Shown: positions 20,805 to 30,028 of the stretch, piece after piece
How the letters are laid out: each line of letters opens with the position of its first letter
How positions within the stretch are numbered: position 1 is the first letter of the stretch
From: an uncultured Planctomycetia bacterium
GTDB taxonomy: Bacteria > Omnitrophota > Gorgyraeia > 1-14-0-20-64-10
NCBI GenBank assembly: GCA_964373715.1
Contig: CAYJVR010000001.1
Location: 149,164 to 213,163 of the forward strand
Direction: 5' to 3'
Length of the DNA stretch: 64,000 nt
The notes under the pieces: generated by a model
Seen by the model: the letters and a program-made list of their open reading frames with translations, nothing else
Database searches by the model: none
Told to the model about the DNA's origin: nothing
Made by a program: the position numbers and the translations under genes

Positions 20805-21245
20805 GTGCGCGGTCTGCGCCGGCAGGGGCGGACCGTTGCTTTTACCAACGGCTGTTTTGATATCTTGCATGTCGGGCATCTCGATTCTTTGGAGAGGATC
20901 AAGAAGAAAGCCGACGTTCTTATCGTCGCCCTCAATAGCGATGCCTCTGTCCGCCGATTGAAAGGGGTGGGCCGTCCCCTCGTTCGGGCGAAAGAACGGG
21001 CGAGGCTCCTTGCGGCGCTGGAACCGGTGGATTTCGTCACGATTTTTTCCGAAGACACCCCCTTGAAGGTGATTTGGGCGATCCGTCCCGATGTTTTGGC
21101 CAAGGGAGGGGATTGGAGACCCGAGCAGATCGTCGGTTCGGACATTGTTAAGGCTTCCGGCGGCCGGGTCATTTCTGTGCCCTATATGCCGGGACATTCC
21201 ACGACCCGCTTGATTAAGAATATCCGGGTTTCCGGAACGATATAA
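20805..21245 (+). CDS. D-glycero-beta-D-manno-heptose 1-phosphate adenylyltransferase (RfaE domain II-like)
   Basis: VAFTNGCFDILHVGH (H/T-x-G-H nucleotidyltransferase motif) and C-terminal ISVPYMPGHSTTRLI. GTG start chosen, since the ORF-track start overlaps gmhA. Start uncertain. Confidence 0.7.
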   Translation: MRGLRRQGRTVAFTNGCFDILHVGHLDSLERIKKKADVLIVALNSDASVRRLKGVGRPLVRAKERARLLAALEPVDFVTIFSEDTPLKVIWAIRPDVLAKGGDWRPEQIVGSDIVKASGGRVISVPYMPGHSTTRLIKNIRVSGTI

Positions 21246-21256
21246 CAAACATTAAG

Positions 21257-21724
21257 GTGCCTTTCATGCCGGACGGGAAGACCCTCCAGAAATTCCCATC
21301 CTCCCGCGATATTTTTCAGCTCCTCGATGCCAACCTCAACCGGGCGAGAGAGGGGTTGCGCGTGTGCGAAGAGACGGCCAGATTTTTGCTCAAAGACCCG
21401 TCCCTGACCCGCCGCTGCCAGAGGATTCGCTATGAGCTTCGGAAAACAGCCGTCACTTTTCCTAAAGCGGAGCTTCTCCGATCGAGGGATTCGGCGAGGG
21501 ATGTGGGACGACCTCTTTTAAGGGGGCGCCCATCCTCCCACCGGGTGGTTGCAGACCTCGTTTTGGCCAATTCCAAAAGGGTTCAGGAGGCCCTGCGTGT
21601 TTTAGAGGAATTCTCCCGTATTCTTTCGGCCCGACAGGCCGTTTCTTGGGGGTCGCTGCGTTTCCGGGTTTACCGACTTGAAAAAGACCTTATTTCAAAA
21701 TTGTCGGCTTTACGTCATCGTTGA
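21257..21724 (+). CDS. ThiE N-terminal accessory domain-like protein (possibly the 5' part of a frameshifted long-form thiE)
   Basis: 155 aa, ILDANLNRAREGLRVCEE.ARF, resembling the N-terminal extension of long-form (cyanobacterial/Aquificae-type) thiamine-phosphate synthases. Overlaps the thiE start in a different frame. Confidence 0.45.
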   Translation: MPFMPDGKTLQKFPSSRDIFQLLDANLNRAREGLRVCEETARFLLKDPSLTRRCQRIRYELRKTAVTFPKAELLRSRDSARDVGRPLLRGRPSSHRVVADLVLANSKRVQEALRVLEEFSRILSARQAVSWGSLRFRVYRLEKDLISKLSALRHR

Positions 21725-22343
21725 CCGGTCGGCGGTTGGCGATCGGGATCCCGTTTGGGTGGCTGAAGCGGCAATCCGCGGAGGGGCGGATGTTATTCAG
21801 TGGAGGGACAAGCGGTCTGCCGACGGCGCTTTCTTAGAGACGGCAAGGGCTTTAAGGGCGGTGACGCGGAGAATGGGAGCCTTGTTTATCGTCAATGACC
21901 GGGTTGAGGCAGCCCTTCTTGCCAACGCGGATGGGGTTCACCTGGGGCACGAAGATATCTCTGTGAAGGAGGCCCGGGTTTTGGTAAAGGGTTCGATGCT
22001 GATCGGCAGGTCCACCCATTCGCTGGGAGAGGCCAGGCAAGCGCAGGCCGCCGGGGCCGATTACATCGGTGTTGGGCCTGTTTTTAAGACTCCGACCAAA
22101 CCCGGTTACCGGGTTGTGGGTACCGAGCTCATCCGGCAGGTAAAATCCAGCATCCGGATCCCTTGGGTGGCCATAGGAGGGATTGACCTTCAGACTCTGC
22201 CTTTGGTATTATCGGCGGGTGCGGTTCGTGTTGCGGTTGTCCGGGCGGTGGCTGGAGCCTCCGATCCGGAGAGTGCGGCTTGCGCCTTCAAATATAATAT
22301 CCTAGGAATCAAGCGCTTAAAGGATTACAAACCACTGAAATGA
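21678..22343 (+). CDS. thiE: thiamine-phosphate synthase
   Basis: LYVIVDRS...DVIQWRDK...VGPVFKTPTKPG...AIGGI motifs of ThiE. TTG start in the ORF track. Confidence 0.85.
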   Translation: MKKTLFQNCRLYVIVDRSAVGDRDPVWVAEAAIRGGADVIQWRDKRSADGAFLETARALRAVTRRMGALFIVNDRVEAALLANADGVHLGHEDISVKEARVLVKGSMLIGRSTHSLGEARQAQAAGADYIGVGPVFKTPTKPGYRVVGTELIRQVKSSIRIPWVAIGGIDLQTLPLVLSAGAVRVAVVRAVAGASDPESAACAFKYNILGIKRLKDYKPLK

Positions 22344-23245
22344 GCCTCCTTATTGTTGGTTCCATCGCCATAGACTCCATCCAAACCCCCTGGGGAGCGG
22401 CGAACTCTGTTCTCGGCGGATCGGCGACTTACGCTGCTTTGGCGGCCCGCATGTGGTCTCCTGTAGGGGTTGTAGGGGTTGTGGGGAGCGATTTCCCGTC
22501 CCGGTACATCAAGCTCTTTGAAAGAGAAGGGATTAACGGGGCCGGTTTCCAGCAGATTCCTGGACGGACTTTCCGCTGGAAGGGGCGCTACAACAAAGAT
22601 TTACAGCCGACGACCCTTTCCCTCGATTTGGGAGTCTTTGCCGGATTCCAGCCGATCCTTTCCCCCTCCTTGAAAAAGGCCAAATATGCTTTCTTAGGGA
22701 ACATCCATCCGACCCTTCAGTGGCGGGTTCTGCGGCAGCTGGAGTCGCCTCGGATTACCGCCTGTGATTCCCGGGATGACTGGATCCGGACCCAGCGCCG
22801 GGGTTTCTTAAAACTTCTCAAACAGGTGGACATCATCTTTTTGAACGACAGTGAAGCCAGGCTCTTGACGGGGCTCCATTCTTTAGTCCAAGCGACCCGG
22901 GTGTTGGCCAGGCTCGGCCCGAAGGTCGCCATTGTTAAGAAAGGGGAGCACGGTGTGTTGGCCGCGTCCAAAGAGGCCTTCTTTTCCCTTCCCGCTTTTC
23001 CGGTTCTGAAAGTGGTTGATCCGACCGGAGCGGGGGACGCGTTCGCGGGGGCGTGCCTGGGTTATTTGACGACACAGAAGAAGATTTCCTGGGACGCGCT
23101 CTGCAGATCGGTTCAGTATGCCTCCGTAGTGGCCTCCATGACGATAGAAGCTTTTGGTCCGGACAGCTTGATCAAAGCAAGCAGTCGCGATGTTATTCAG
23201 CGGGTGAAGGCTTTTCAGCCGCTTGCTAAGGCCGCTTTATTGTGA
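22340..23245 (+). CDS. PfkB-family carbohydrate/nucleoside kinase
   Basis: N-terminal GG motif region (VLGGSATYAA) and C-terminal DPTGAGDAFAGA anion-hole motif of ribokinase-like kinases. Confidence 0.8.
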   Translation: MSLLIVGSIAIDSIQTPWGAANSVLGGSATYAALAARMWSPVGVVGVVGSDFPSRYIKLFEREGINGAGFQQIPGRTFRWKGRYNKDLQPTTLSLDLGVFAGFQPILSPSLKKAKYAFLGNIHPTLQWRVLRQLESPRITACDSRDDWIRTQRRGFLKLLKQVDIIFLNDSEARLLTGLHSLVQATRVLARLGPKVAIVKKGEHGVLAASKEAFFSLPAFPVLKVVDPTGAGDAFAGACLGYLTTQKKISWDALCRSVQYASVVASMTIEAFGPDSLIKASSRDVIQRVKAFQPLAKAALL

Positions 23246-23292
23246 AGTTGTTGCACAGCACCGTTTTTATGAGGGCGTTTGGCGACTCTTTC

Positions 23293-23363
23293 GCGGGTGT
23301 AGTTCAGTGGTAGAACTGAAGCTTCCCAAGCTTCTAATGGGGGTTCGATTCCCCCCACCCGCT
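23293..23363 (+). tRNA. tRNA-Gly (anticodon CCC)
   Basis: Cloverleaf folded by hand: acceptor GCGGGTG/CACCCGC, D-arm GTTC-AGTGGTA-GAAC, anticodon stem GAAGC/GCTTC with loop TTCCCAA, T-arm GGGGG-TTCGATT-CCCCC. No encoded CCA. Confidence 0.85.
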
Positions 23364-23420
23364 CGATTTCTTTACGGGGGAGTTTTTTTGGTTTCTTTTT
23401 TAGCCGGCTGCACGCCGTAC

Positions 23421-24068
23421 ATGGAGGCCCCGCGGACCTATTCTTCTTCACTAGGCGGGGCCGAAATCATCCATAGGGCCTCCCAGGGGGAGACTTTGTG
23501 GGCGATTGCCCGGCGTTACGGCGTTGAACTAGAAGAGGTGGTACGGGCAAACCGTTTGTCTGATGCGACCCAGATTGAGGTTGGCCAGCAGATCGTGATC
23601 CCTGAACGGAGCGTCTCCCTGCGGGCAAACGTCTCCGAAGAGGTTGCAACAGCGGCTCGAAGCGGTTTTTCGGAATCTCCCTCGACGGATGATTCTGAGG
23701 GTTTCGTGTGGCCCTTAAAGGGAAAGGTTGTTTCCTCCTTCGGTTCTAAGCAGGGGGGTATGGTCAACAAGGGGATTGATATCGTTGGCCGTGATGGGGC
23801 GGATGTTTTTGCCGCGCGCACCGGAAAGGTGAGCTTCATCCATGAGAACTTGCCCGGTTTCGGCAAGACAATTATCGTGGATCATTCGGACGGGTTCGCC
23901 ACCGTTTATGCCTGCTTGGGGGATATACTGGTCAGGACAGGCCAGACGGTGTCTCAGCGCCAAGTGATCGCGCGCATCGGCGACGCAGGCCGCCGGGAGT
24001 GGTCCTCGGTCCATTTTGAAGTCCGGCGCCGGCAGAAGCCCCAGAATCCTTTTTATTATCTGCCTTAA
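23421..24068 (+). CDS. LysM domain plus M23 metallopeptidase (NlpD/murein hydrolase activator-like)
   Basis: LysM (GETLWAIARRYGV...ANRL) followed by an M23 domain (GIDIVGRDGADVFAARTGKVSF...TIIVDHSDGFATVYA). First in-frame ATG used. A lipobox FLVSFLAGC lies upstream without a canonical start. Confidence 0.7.
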   Translation: MEAPRTYSSSLGGAEIIHRASQGETLWAIARRYGVELEEVVRANRLSDATQIEVGQQIVIPERSVSLRANVSEEVATAARSGFSESPSTDDSEGFVWPLKGKVVSSFGSKQGGMVNKGIDIVGRDGADVFAARTGKVSFIHENLPGFGKTIIVDHSDGFATVYACLGDILVRTGQTVSQRQVIARIGDAGRREWSSVHFEVRRRQKPQNPFYYLP

Positions 24069-24088
24069 CAGGAATAAGGAGCGTTACC

Positions 24089-25810
24089 GTGGCCCCATTG
24101 TTTGACCGGCAGGAGATAACGGCCGCGCTTTCAAAACGGCTGGAGGGTTTCCTCGCAGGATATCGGCAAAATATCGCTTTATTGGGTCCTGAAGCGGTTG
24201 GTAAAACGAGCCTTCTGAAGCGCCTTCTCCAGGAAAAGTGTGTTCAGTCCACTTCCCCGGTGACCGTTTATCTTGCACTTTCCGAAGAAGAGAGTTTGGC
24301 CGAATGGGGAGCTCGGTTTATTGAGACGCTGTTGAACGCCGTCGTGCGGATTCAAAGGATGGATTCTTCCGCGCACGGTCTGCCGAGCCTGTTAAAATTC
24401 TGCGCCCACTCACTTCCCCAGACGGTTGCTTCGGCCCAGAAAATCCTTTCTTTGTCGGGTGAAAAAAAGTTCTCGGAGGAGGTTTTCGATAATCTCTGGG
24501 ATTTGCCCCAGCTCGTGACCCAGGAGACCGGGTTGCCGTGTCTCCTGGTTTTGGATGAATTTCACAGGTTCCAGCAGTTCCGCGTGAAAGAGCCGTTTAA
24601 AAAGCTGGGCCGTAAAATCATGGTCCAAAGCACGACGATGTATCTGGCGGCTTCTTCGCAGCCCCACGTGGCGCGTCAGATCCTTCGCGAAGGGTTAAGC
24701 CTCCTCTTTGGCCAGTTTGAAATTATTGAGATGGGGCCTCTTGACCAGGCCTCCAGCTTGAAAGCCGTCCGGTCGGTTTGGACAGAAGAGAAAACGGATC
24801 CTTTTCTTGAGCATCTTTTGGTTGAGTTGGCGCAGGGGTATTCCGCTTATCTGGATCTTCTTTTGCAGGGGCTGGTCGGTCGGCCTCTTCCCCGGCTGGT
24901 GGAGGAGCAGGAACGCGTCATTTTAAATTTGTTGGAAACTCAGCTGCTTGATCCTCAGGGGGGGTTAAGGCATCGTTTCGAGTCGAGTCTGAGGGTGCTG
25001 CCGGCAAACCGGAGCCGTCGTACCTGTTTGCAGGTCCTTTCCGCGGTGTCTATGGGATACCATCGCGTTCCTCAGATTGCCGGTGCGATGGAGAGATCGA
25101 GTTCACATGTCACCCGTGCGCTGAAGATTCTTGAACAAGCAGGCCTTGTTGTCAAGCAGGGGATCTTCTATCGTATCCCCGACCGGTTGTTCCGGTTCTG
25201 GATGGTGACGGCCTATCCGATCCTTCAAGGGACGATCCTTTCCGATATCACCCACATGCGAGCCCGTTTCCGGGACCAGTCCTGGAGCTGGATGTCCAAG
25301 GTACGCGATGCGGTGCACCGCCCTTTTGAGGAACAGGTTATTGAATTGGTGAGGCAGTGGGCGGGGGAGTTAGTTGAGATAGAGGGCAAAAGGATTTTGC
25401 TGCCTAAGTGCAGCCGGATTGAAGTGGTATCCGCTGTGGCCAACGGCGCGGCGGTTGTCGCGCACCAAAAAGAACAGGCGGGGAAGAGCTGGCTGCTGGT
25501 CCCATGGGCCGGTTCTTTGGAAGAGGCGCAGGCCAGACAGCTGACTCAAGATCTTTCGAGGCTTCCTTTTAAGGATTACCGGAAGGTGCTTGTCGGCGCC
25601 TACCCCGTGGAGATCAACGGGAGGCTTGTGCTTCAGGAAGCGAGGATCCGTCTTTGGGATCTCGGTGTTTTCAATAATCTGCTGGACCTGTATGGCCTTG
25701 CCCGTATTCCTCTGCCTTCCGGCGTTCGTCCCCCTGTAGCTTCTACCGTGTCGGTTCCCTCTCAGGAAGGGGCGGAGCCCGCCCAGCCGCGGATTCATCG
25801 GGCGACATGA
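24089..25810 (+). CDS. P-loop ATPase of the archaeal-type ATPase/DUF234 family with C-terminal winged-helix region
   Basis: Walker A GPEAVGKTSLL, Walker B LLVLDEFHRF, ~570 aa. GTG start. Confidence 0.55.
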   Translation: MAPLFDRQEITAALSKRLEGFLAGYRQNIALLGPEAVGKTSLLKRLLQEKCVQSTSPVTVYLALSEEESLAEWGARFIETLLNAVVRIQRMDSSAHGLPSLLKFCAHSLPQTVASAQKILSLSGEKKFSEEVFDNLWDLPQLVTQETGLPCLLVLDEFHRFQQFRVKEPFKKLGRKIMVQSTTMYLAASSQPHVARQILREGLSLLFGQFEIIEMGPLDQASSLKAVRSVWTEEKTDPFLEHLLVELAQGYSAYLDLLLQGLVGRPLPRLVEEQERVILNLLETQLLDPQGGLRHRFESSLRVLPANRSRRTCLQVLSAVSMGYHRVPQIAGAMERSSSHVTRALKILEQAGLVVKQGIFYRIPDRLFRFWMVTAYPILQGTILSDITHMRARFRDQSWSWMSKVRDAVHRPFEEQVIELVRQWAGELVEIEGKRILLPKCSRIEVVSAVANGAAVVAHQKEQAGKSWLLVPWAGSLEEAQARQLTQDLSRLPFKDYRKVLVGAYPVEINGRLVLQEARIRLWDLGVFNNLLDLYGLARIPLPSGVRPPVASTVSVPSQEGAEPAQPRIHRAT

Positions 25811-26355
25811 ACAAAACCAAGCTATGGGCCCCCTGGCGCGTCGGATACATTTCAAAAGCTAGACGGTCCTCATCGTCCGCGTGTATTTTCTGCCGGATAG
25901 GCCGAGGGAAGTTGGATTCCGAGAATCATGTGGTCACCAGGAAAAATTCGGGTTTTTCCCTGCTCAACCGGTATCCTTACAACAATGGTCATCTGATGGT
26001 AGCCCCTTACAAGCATGTGGGGCGGCTTTCTCTGCTGACAAAGCAGGAGTGGGCGGAGCTTCTTGACCTGACAAACGACGCGATCCACCGTTTGGACAAG
26101 GTGTTTTCTCCTCACGGATACAACGTTGGGATAAATCTCGGCAGATCTGCGGGAGCTGGAATCCCGGGCCATCTGCACCTGCACATCGTCCCGCGCTGGG
26201 TGGGGGACACCAATTTCATGTCGACGGTAGCCGGCACTAAGGTCATTTCCCAGTCACTGGAGGCCGCCCATCACCTTCTTAAAAAAGCTGGGAACCGGGG
26301 CGGAATGGATGCCAAAAAGAAGAGCCGAAGGGCCTCTCACAAGAAGTCTGCTTGA
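25807..26355 (+). CDS. HIT-family nucleotide hydrolase/transferase
   Basis: Histidine triad HLHLHIVPR. CIFC zinc-binding region. Basic Lys-rich C-terminal tail. ATGA overlap with the upstream ATPase. Confidence 0.7.
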   Translation: MNKTKLWAPWRVGYISKARRSSSSACIFCRIGRGKLDSENHVVTRKNSGFSLLNRYPYNNGHLMVAPYKHVGRLSLLTKQEWAELLDLTNDAIHRLDKVFSPHGYNVGINLGRSAGAGIPGHLHLHIVPRWVGDTNFMSTVAGTKVISQSLEAAHHLLKKAGNRGGMDAKKKSRRASHKKSA

Positions 26356-27475
26356 AGAGCTTGAGCGCAAGACGATCGCTCCATACGCGATCTTCTCCGC
26401 GGACTCCCTCGGGCGCGTTCACAAAGAGCCCGAACATCCTTACCGCACCTGTTTCCAGCGGGACCATGACAGGATTGTTCATTCCACCGCTTTCCGCCGC
26501 CTGGAGTATAAGACCCAGGTTTTCGTTATTCACGAAGGGGACTATTACAGGACCCGTCTTACCCACAGCCTTGAAGTTGCCCAGATTGCCAGGACGATTG
26601 CCAGGATTTTGCGGCTGAATGCGGAACTCGTGGAGGCCATTGCGCTGGCGCATGACCTTGGCCACGGCCCTTTCGGCCATTCCGGAGAAGACGCTCTCCA
26701 GGAGTTGATGCAGGGTCAGGGGGGATTTAACCACAATCTTCAGGCCTTGCGGATTGTTTCTGAACTTGAACAGCGTTACCCTGGTTTCCCGGGCCTGAAT
26801 TTGACGTGGGAGGTCCGGTCTGGCTTGAACAAACACAGGATGTCTTTGCCGAGCGCGCCGAAGCATAAACTGCCTTATTTAAGCCTCGAAGCCCAAGTGG
26901 TGGATATCGCTGATGAGATTGCGTATGACCACCATGATTTGGATGACGGGATTACTTCTGGTTTATTGAAGGAGAATGACCTTAAGATTGTTCTTTTGTG
27001 GAAGAAAGTTCGCTCGGAGGTTTCGCGCCGGTACCCGAAGATGTCGGCCGAATTACTCAAGTATCAGGTCATCCGGCGCCTTATAGACCTGCAGGTCACC
27101 GATCTGATCGGGGAGTCTGTTAAGCGTATCCGCTTAAGCGGGGTGAAGCGGGCATCCGACGTCCAGGCTGTTCCCGGGCGCTTGATTGCTTTCAGCGAGA
27201 CAATGAGCCGTTTGCGCGCCCCACTGAAGAAGTTTCTTAACAGGGAACTTTATCATCACTACAAGGTGGTCCGGATGGCTGATAAGGCGAAGCGCTTTGT
27301 AACAGCCCTTTTTGGAGCCTACCTGCGTAATCCCGAACAGCTTCCCAGCACAACCCGCCACCGGGTTAAGCTGGACGGTCCGCACCGTGCCATCTGCGAT
27401 TACATTGCCGGGATGACCGACAGGTACGCGATGGATGAATATCGGAGGTTGTTTCATCCTTTTGAGCGGTTATAG
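26309..27475 (+). CDS. dGTP triphosphohydrolase-like HD-domain protein
   Basis: RTCFQRDHDRIVHSTAFRRLEYKTQVF and HSLEVAQIAR...AHDLGHGPFGH motifs of the Dgt family. True start possibly downstream of 26309. Confidence 0.8.
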   Translation: MPKRRAEGPLTRSLLEELERKTIAPYAIFSADSLGRVHKEPEHPYRTCFQRDHDRIVHSTAFRRLEYKTQVFVIHEGDYYRTRLTHSLEVAQIARTIARILRLNAELVEAIALAHDLGHGPFGHSGEDALQELMQGQGGFNHNLQALRIVSELEQRYPGFPGLNLTWEVRSGLNKHRMSLPSAPKHKLPYLSLEAQVVDIADEIAYDHHDLDDGITSGLLKENDLKIVLLWKKVRSEVSRRYPKMSAELLKYQVIRRLIDLQVTDLIGESVKRIRLSGVKRASDVQAVPGRLIAFSETMSRLRAPLKKFLNRELYHHYKVVRMADKAKRFVTALFGAYLRNPEQLPSTTRHRVKLDGPHRAICDYIAGMTDRYAMDEYRRLFHPFERL

Positions 27476-27546
27476 GTTATAACCTGCAACTCCTTCCGAA
27501 GCCAGGTATAATTAGTATGATTAAGGGAGAGGGGTAGCCGCGCGAA

Positions 27547-29079
27547 ATGACTTCTGTGTGGATTGACTCTTTTTTTGGGCAGCCGAACGTTCGACGGCTT
27601 CGAGATGTTTTGACCTCCGCTATCGCCAAGCCGATTTGGTGGACCATTGCGGGGGATGTTCCGAAGTCCCTCGATTATTCGAAAGCTTGCCGTACTTGCG
27701 ATTTTGTCCGTTCTTCGAAGGGTAAGCAAGTTTGCCAGGCGCGGTTCCTGAAAGCTCTTGAGGTTTCCCGCCGAACGAAAGAACCGCACCGATTTCTGTG
27801 TCCGATCCGGCTCCATGCCGTTTGCTTTCCCCTGAGGCAAGGGGATCAAACACAGGGTTATTTGGCCCTCTGCCACGGCGAACGGCCCCTTAGCCCGGAA
27901 GTTCAAAATCTCGCCGCGCTCGCGGCGGAATCGTCCCTGCAGGAAATGGGCCGGGCGATCGAATTGAAGAATCTTTCCGAAGCAATTCAGCCCCGCTGCG
28001 TGGCCCTTTCCACGATCCACACGATCCACCGTCTTATCAGTTCCACGTTGGATCTTAAAGAGCTTTTGCCGAGAGTAGCCCGCTTGTGTTGCCAGGTTCT
28101 GCGCGGGGAGTCTTGCGCGATATGGCTTGTGGACCGGGACAAGAAGAGGCTGATCCCGAGGGCTTTTGTCAATATCCGCAATAAGAACCAGAATGGGTCT
28201 GTTCGTGCCACCCGGCTCGGCTCCGGTCTCATCGGTCAGGCGGCCCAGAAGTGCCAATTTAGATTGATGGAGAAGAGCATGATCGTTCCTCTTGTTGAAG
28301 AGGAATGCATGGGGGTGATCATGGTGCGGCGGTCCCGCCAAGCCCAGCCGTTCGTCAACCTCGACCAGGAGATTTTGACGACTTTGGCCGAACAGGCCGT
28401 CGTGGCGATTCGGAACGCGCAGATGTATGAAACTCAGGAGCGGGTCACCTGGGGAACGATACGCAGCTTAAGCGCGATTTTGGACGGCATGGATGTCCAT
28501 TCTCCCAAGGGGGGCTCCAGCCGCCGCCAGCTGATGGCCGATGTTGCCATGGCGATTGCCGAGAAAATGGGTCTGGATTCCGACCTTCAGCGCCCCCTTC
28601 AGTACGCCGCTTTTCTCCATGATGCCGGCCGTGTGGGTATCCCTGAGGATATTATCCGGAAGCCGAGCAAGCTCAATCCCAAGGAATTTGCCATGGTGAA
28701 AGAACATACGGTCAAAGGGGCCAGGCTTTTGGAGCCGTTGGAAATCCTGGAGCCGGCGGTACCGATTATCCTTCACCACCACGAGCGGTACGACGGCACC
28801 GGTTATCCGAAGGGGTTGAAGGGGGATGCCATTCCTCTTGGTGCGCGGATTTTGGCTGTTGCCAACGCTTTTGAAGCGATGGTTTCCGAAAGGTCTTACC
28901 GGCGGTCGTTGTCGGTCGCGGAGGCGGCGCGCGAGATTTCTTCCCACGCCGGCACTCAATTTGATCCTAAGGTGGTGAGGGTTTTTATGTTTCTTGCCAA
29001 AGAAAAGAAGCTGGAGGAGATTGTACGCCGGAATGTGCTGGCTGATGCCGGGCAGGACCGGGGGAAGGGGCGGACATGA
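27547..29079 (+). CDS. GAF-domain HD-GYP phosphodiesterase (c-di-GMP hydrolase) with Cys-rich N-terminal sensor region
   Basis: C-terminal HD-GYP (HDAGRVGIPEDIIRK...HHHERYDGTGYPKGL). Central GAF. N-terminal ~120 aa with five Cys (CRTCDF...C...CPIRLHAVC). Confidence 0.8.
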   Translation: MTSVWIDSFFGQPNVRRLRDVLTSAIAKPIWWTIAGDVPKSLDYSKACRTCDFVRSSKGKQVCQARFLKALEVSRRTKEPHRFLCPIRLHAVCFPLRQGDQTQGYLALCHGERPLSPEVQNLAALAAESSLQEMGRAIELKNLSEAIQPRCVALSTIHTIHRLISSTLDLKELLPRVARLCCQVLRGESCAIWLVDRDKKRLIPRAFVNIRNKNQNGSVRATRLGSGLIGQAAQKCQFRLMEKSMIVPLVEEECMGVIMVRRSRQAQPFVNLDQEILTTLAEQAVVAIRNAQMYETQERVTWGTIRSLSAILDGMDVHSPKGGSSRRQLMADVAMAIAEKMGLDSDLQRPLQYAAFLHDAGRVGIPEDIIRKPSKLNPKEFAMVKEHTVKGARLLEPLEILEPAVPIILHHHERYDGTGYPKGLKGDAIPLGARILAVANAFEAMVSERSYRRSLSVAEAAREISSHAGTQFDPKVVRVFMFLAKEKKLEEIVRRNVLADAGQDRGKGRT

Positions 29080-29336
29080 CGATGCAACCGAATTTACCGA
29101 CCACTGCAATCCAGCAGCAGATACTTAAGTTTTTCCAGCAGAACTCTCACGCGGTTGAGACGGCGCGAGGCATAGCCCTTTGGTTAGGGGTTGAGCCGAA
29201 GTTTGCGCAGGAAGCGATGGAAGGGCTTGTCGATCGCGGGTGGCTGCTGACCCACAAAACGGATGCTATTGTGGGTTATGCGCTGACAACGGATGAGAAG
29301 ATTTTAAACCATATGCGAGGGCAGGGTTTGGCATGA
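29076..29336 (+). CDS. small hypothetical protein, winged-helix-like
   Basis: 86 aa. ATGA overlaps on both sides. No recognisable family. Confidence 0.35.
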   Translation: MTMQPNLPTTAIQQQILKFFQQNSHAVETARGIALWLGVEPKFAQEAMEGLVDRGWLLTHKTDAIVGYALTTDEKILNHMRGQGLA

Positions 29337-30028
29337 AACGGCGTTTTGTCCTGATCTCTCTACTTGTATTGTTGGCGATCGTTGGTTTAGGATATATTTC
29401 CTGGCCATTTAACGGGCCGTTCCGTTTCGTTTGCGGTAGGTTAGAAAAGCAGACCGGCTGGAAGCTTTCAGCTCAGGATGCCAGGTGGGTTCCGTGGCAT
29501 GAGCTAAACCTTCGGAATCTAAAAGTTCAGTCTCCTGTCGGGGGCAGGCTTCAGCTTGTGCGTCTGGCCGTTTCACCAAAGGCTATTTCCCTTTTCAAAG
29601 GGATGCTGCAGGCTCGGCTTGAATTTGAGGATATACGGATGGAACCCGGTTCTTGGGGTATCCGTATCCCGGCGGCGCAAAAGACTCTCTCTGCCGGTGC
29701 GGTGGCCAGAAATGGCTACGCGGTTATTGAGATAAAGCCGGGGCTCATGACTCTTCGCCCCTTTGCTGTTCGGGGTTCTTTTGTGAATTTAGATGCTGAA
29801 GGGTGGTTGAGCGGATCTCGCCAGACCCATTTGTCAATGGAAGGGGAATTTTCTCGGCAGATACTTGTGGAGATGAACTTAATGAAGTCCGAGGAGCAGC
29901 CCTCGTCGCCGTTGTGGGAGCCTTTTTATCTGCGTGTTGACGGGACGCTTTCTCGGCCGGTTGTTTCTTTCTCTTCTAATTTCTTTACGCTCTCGTTAAA
30001 CGATGTCCATGGAGAACAACGGATATGA
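29333..30028 (+). CDS. N-terminally anchored envelope protein (AsmA-like fold suspected)
   Basis: TM LISLLVLLAIVGLGYISW then ~200 aa beta-rich region. Weak resemblance to the AsmA N-terminal region. Confidence 0.35.
   Translation: MKRRFVLISLLVLLAIVGLGYISWPFNGPFRFVCGRLEKQTGWKLSAQDARWVPWHELNLRNLKVQSPVGGRLQLVRLAVSPKAISLFKGMLQARLEFEDIRMEPGSWGIRIPAAQKTLSAGAVARNGYAVIEIKPGLMTLRPFAVRGSFVNLDAEGWLSGSRQTHLSMEGEFSRQILVEMNLMKSEEQPSSPLWEPFYLRVDGTLSRPVVSFSSNFFTLSLNDVHGEQRI

Noticed and set aside
22455-22485. Short tandem DNA repeat gtaggggttgtaggggttgtgggg
   Set aside because: Lies inside the PfkB kinase gene and simply encodes VGVVGVVG. Not a repeat element or CRISPR.
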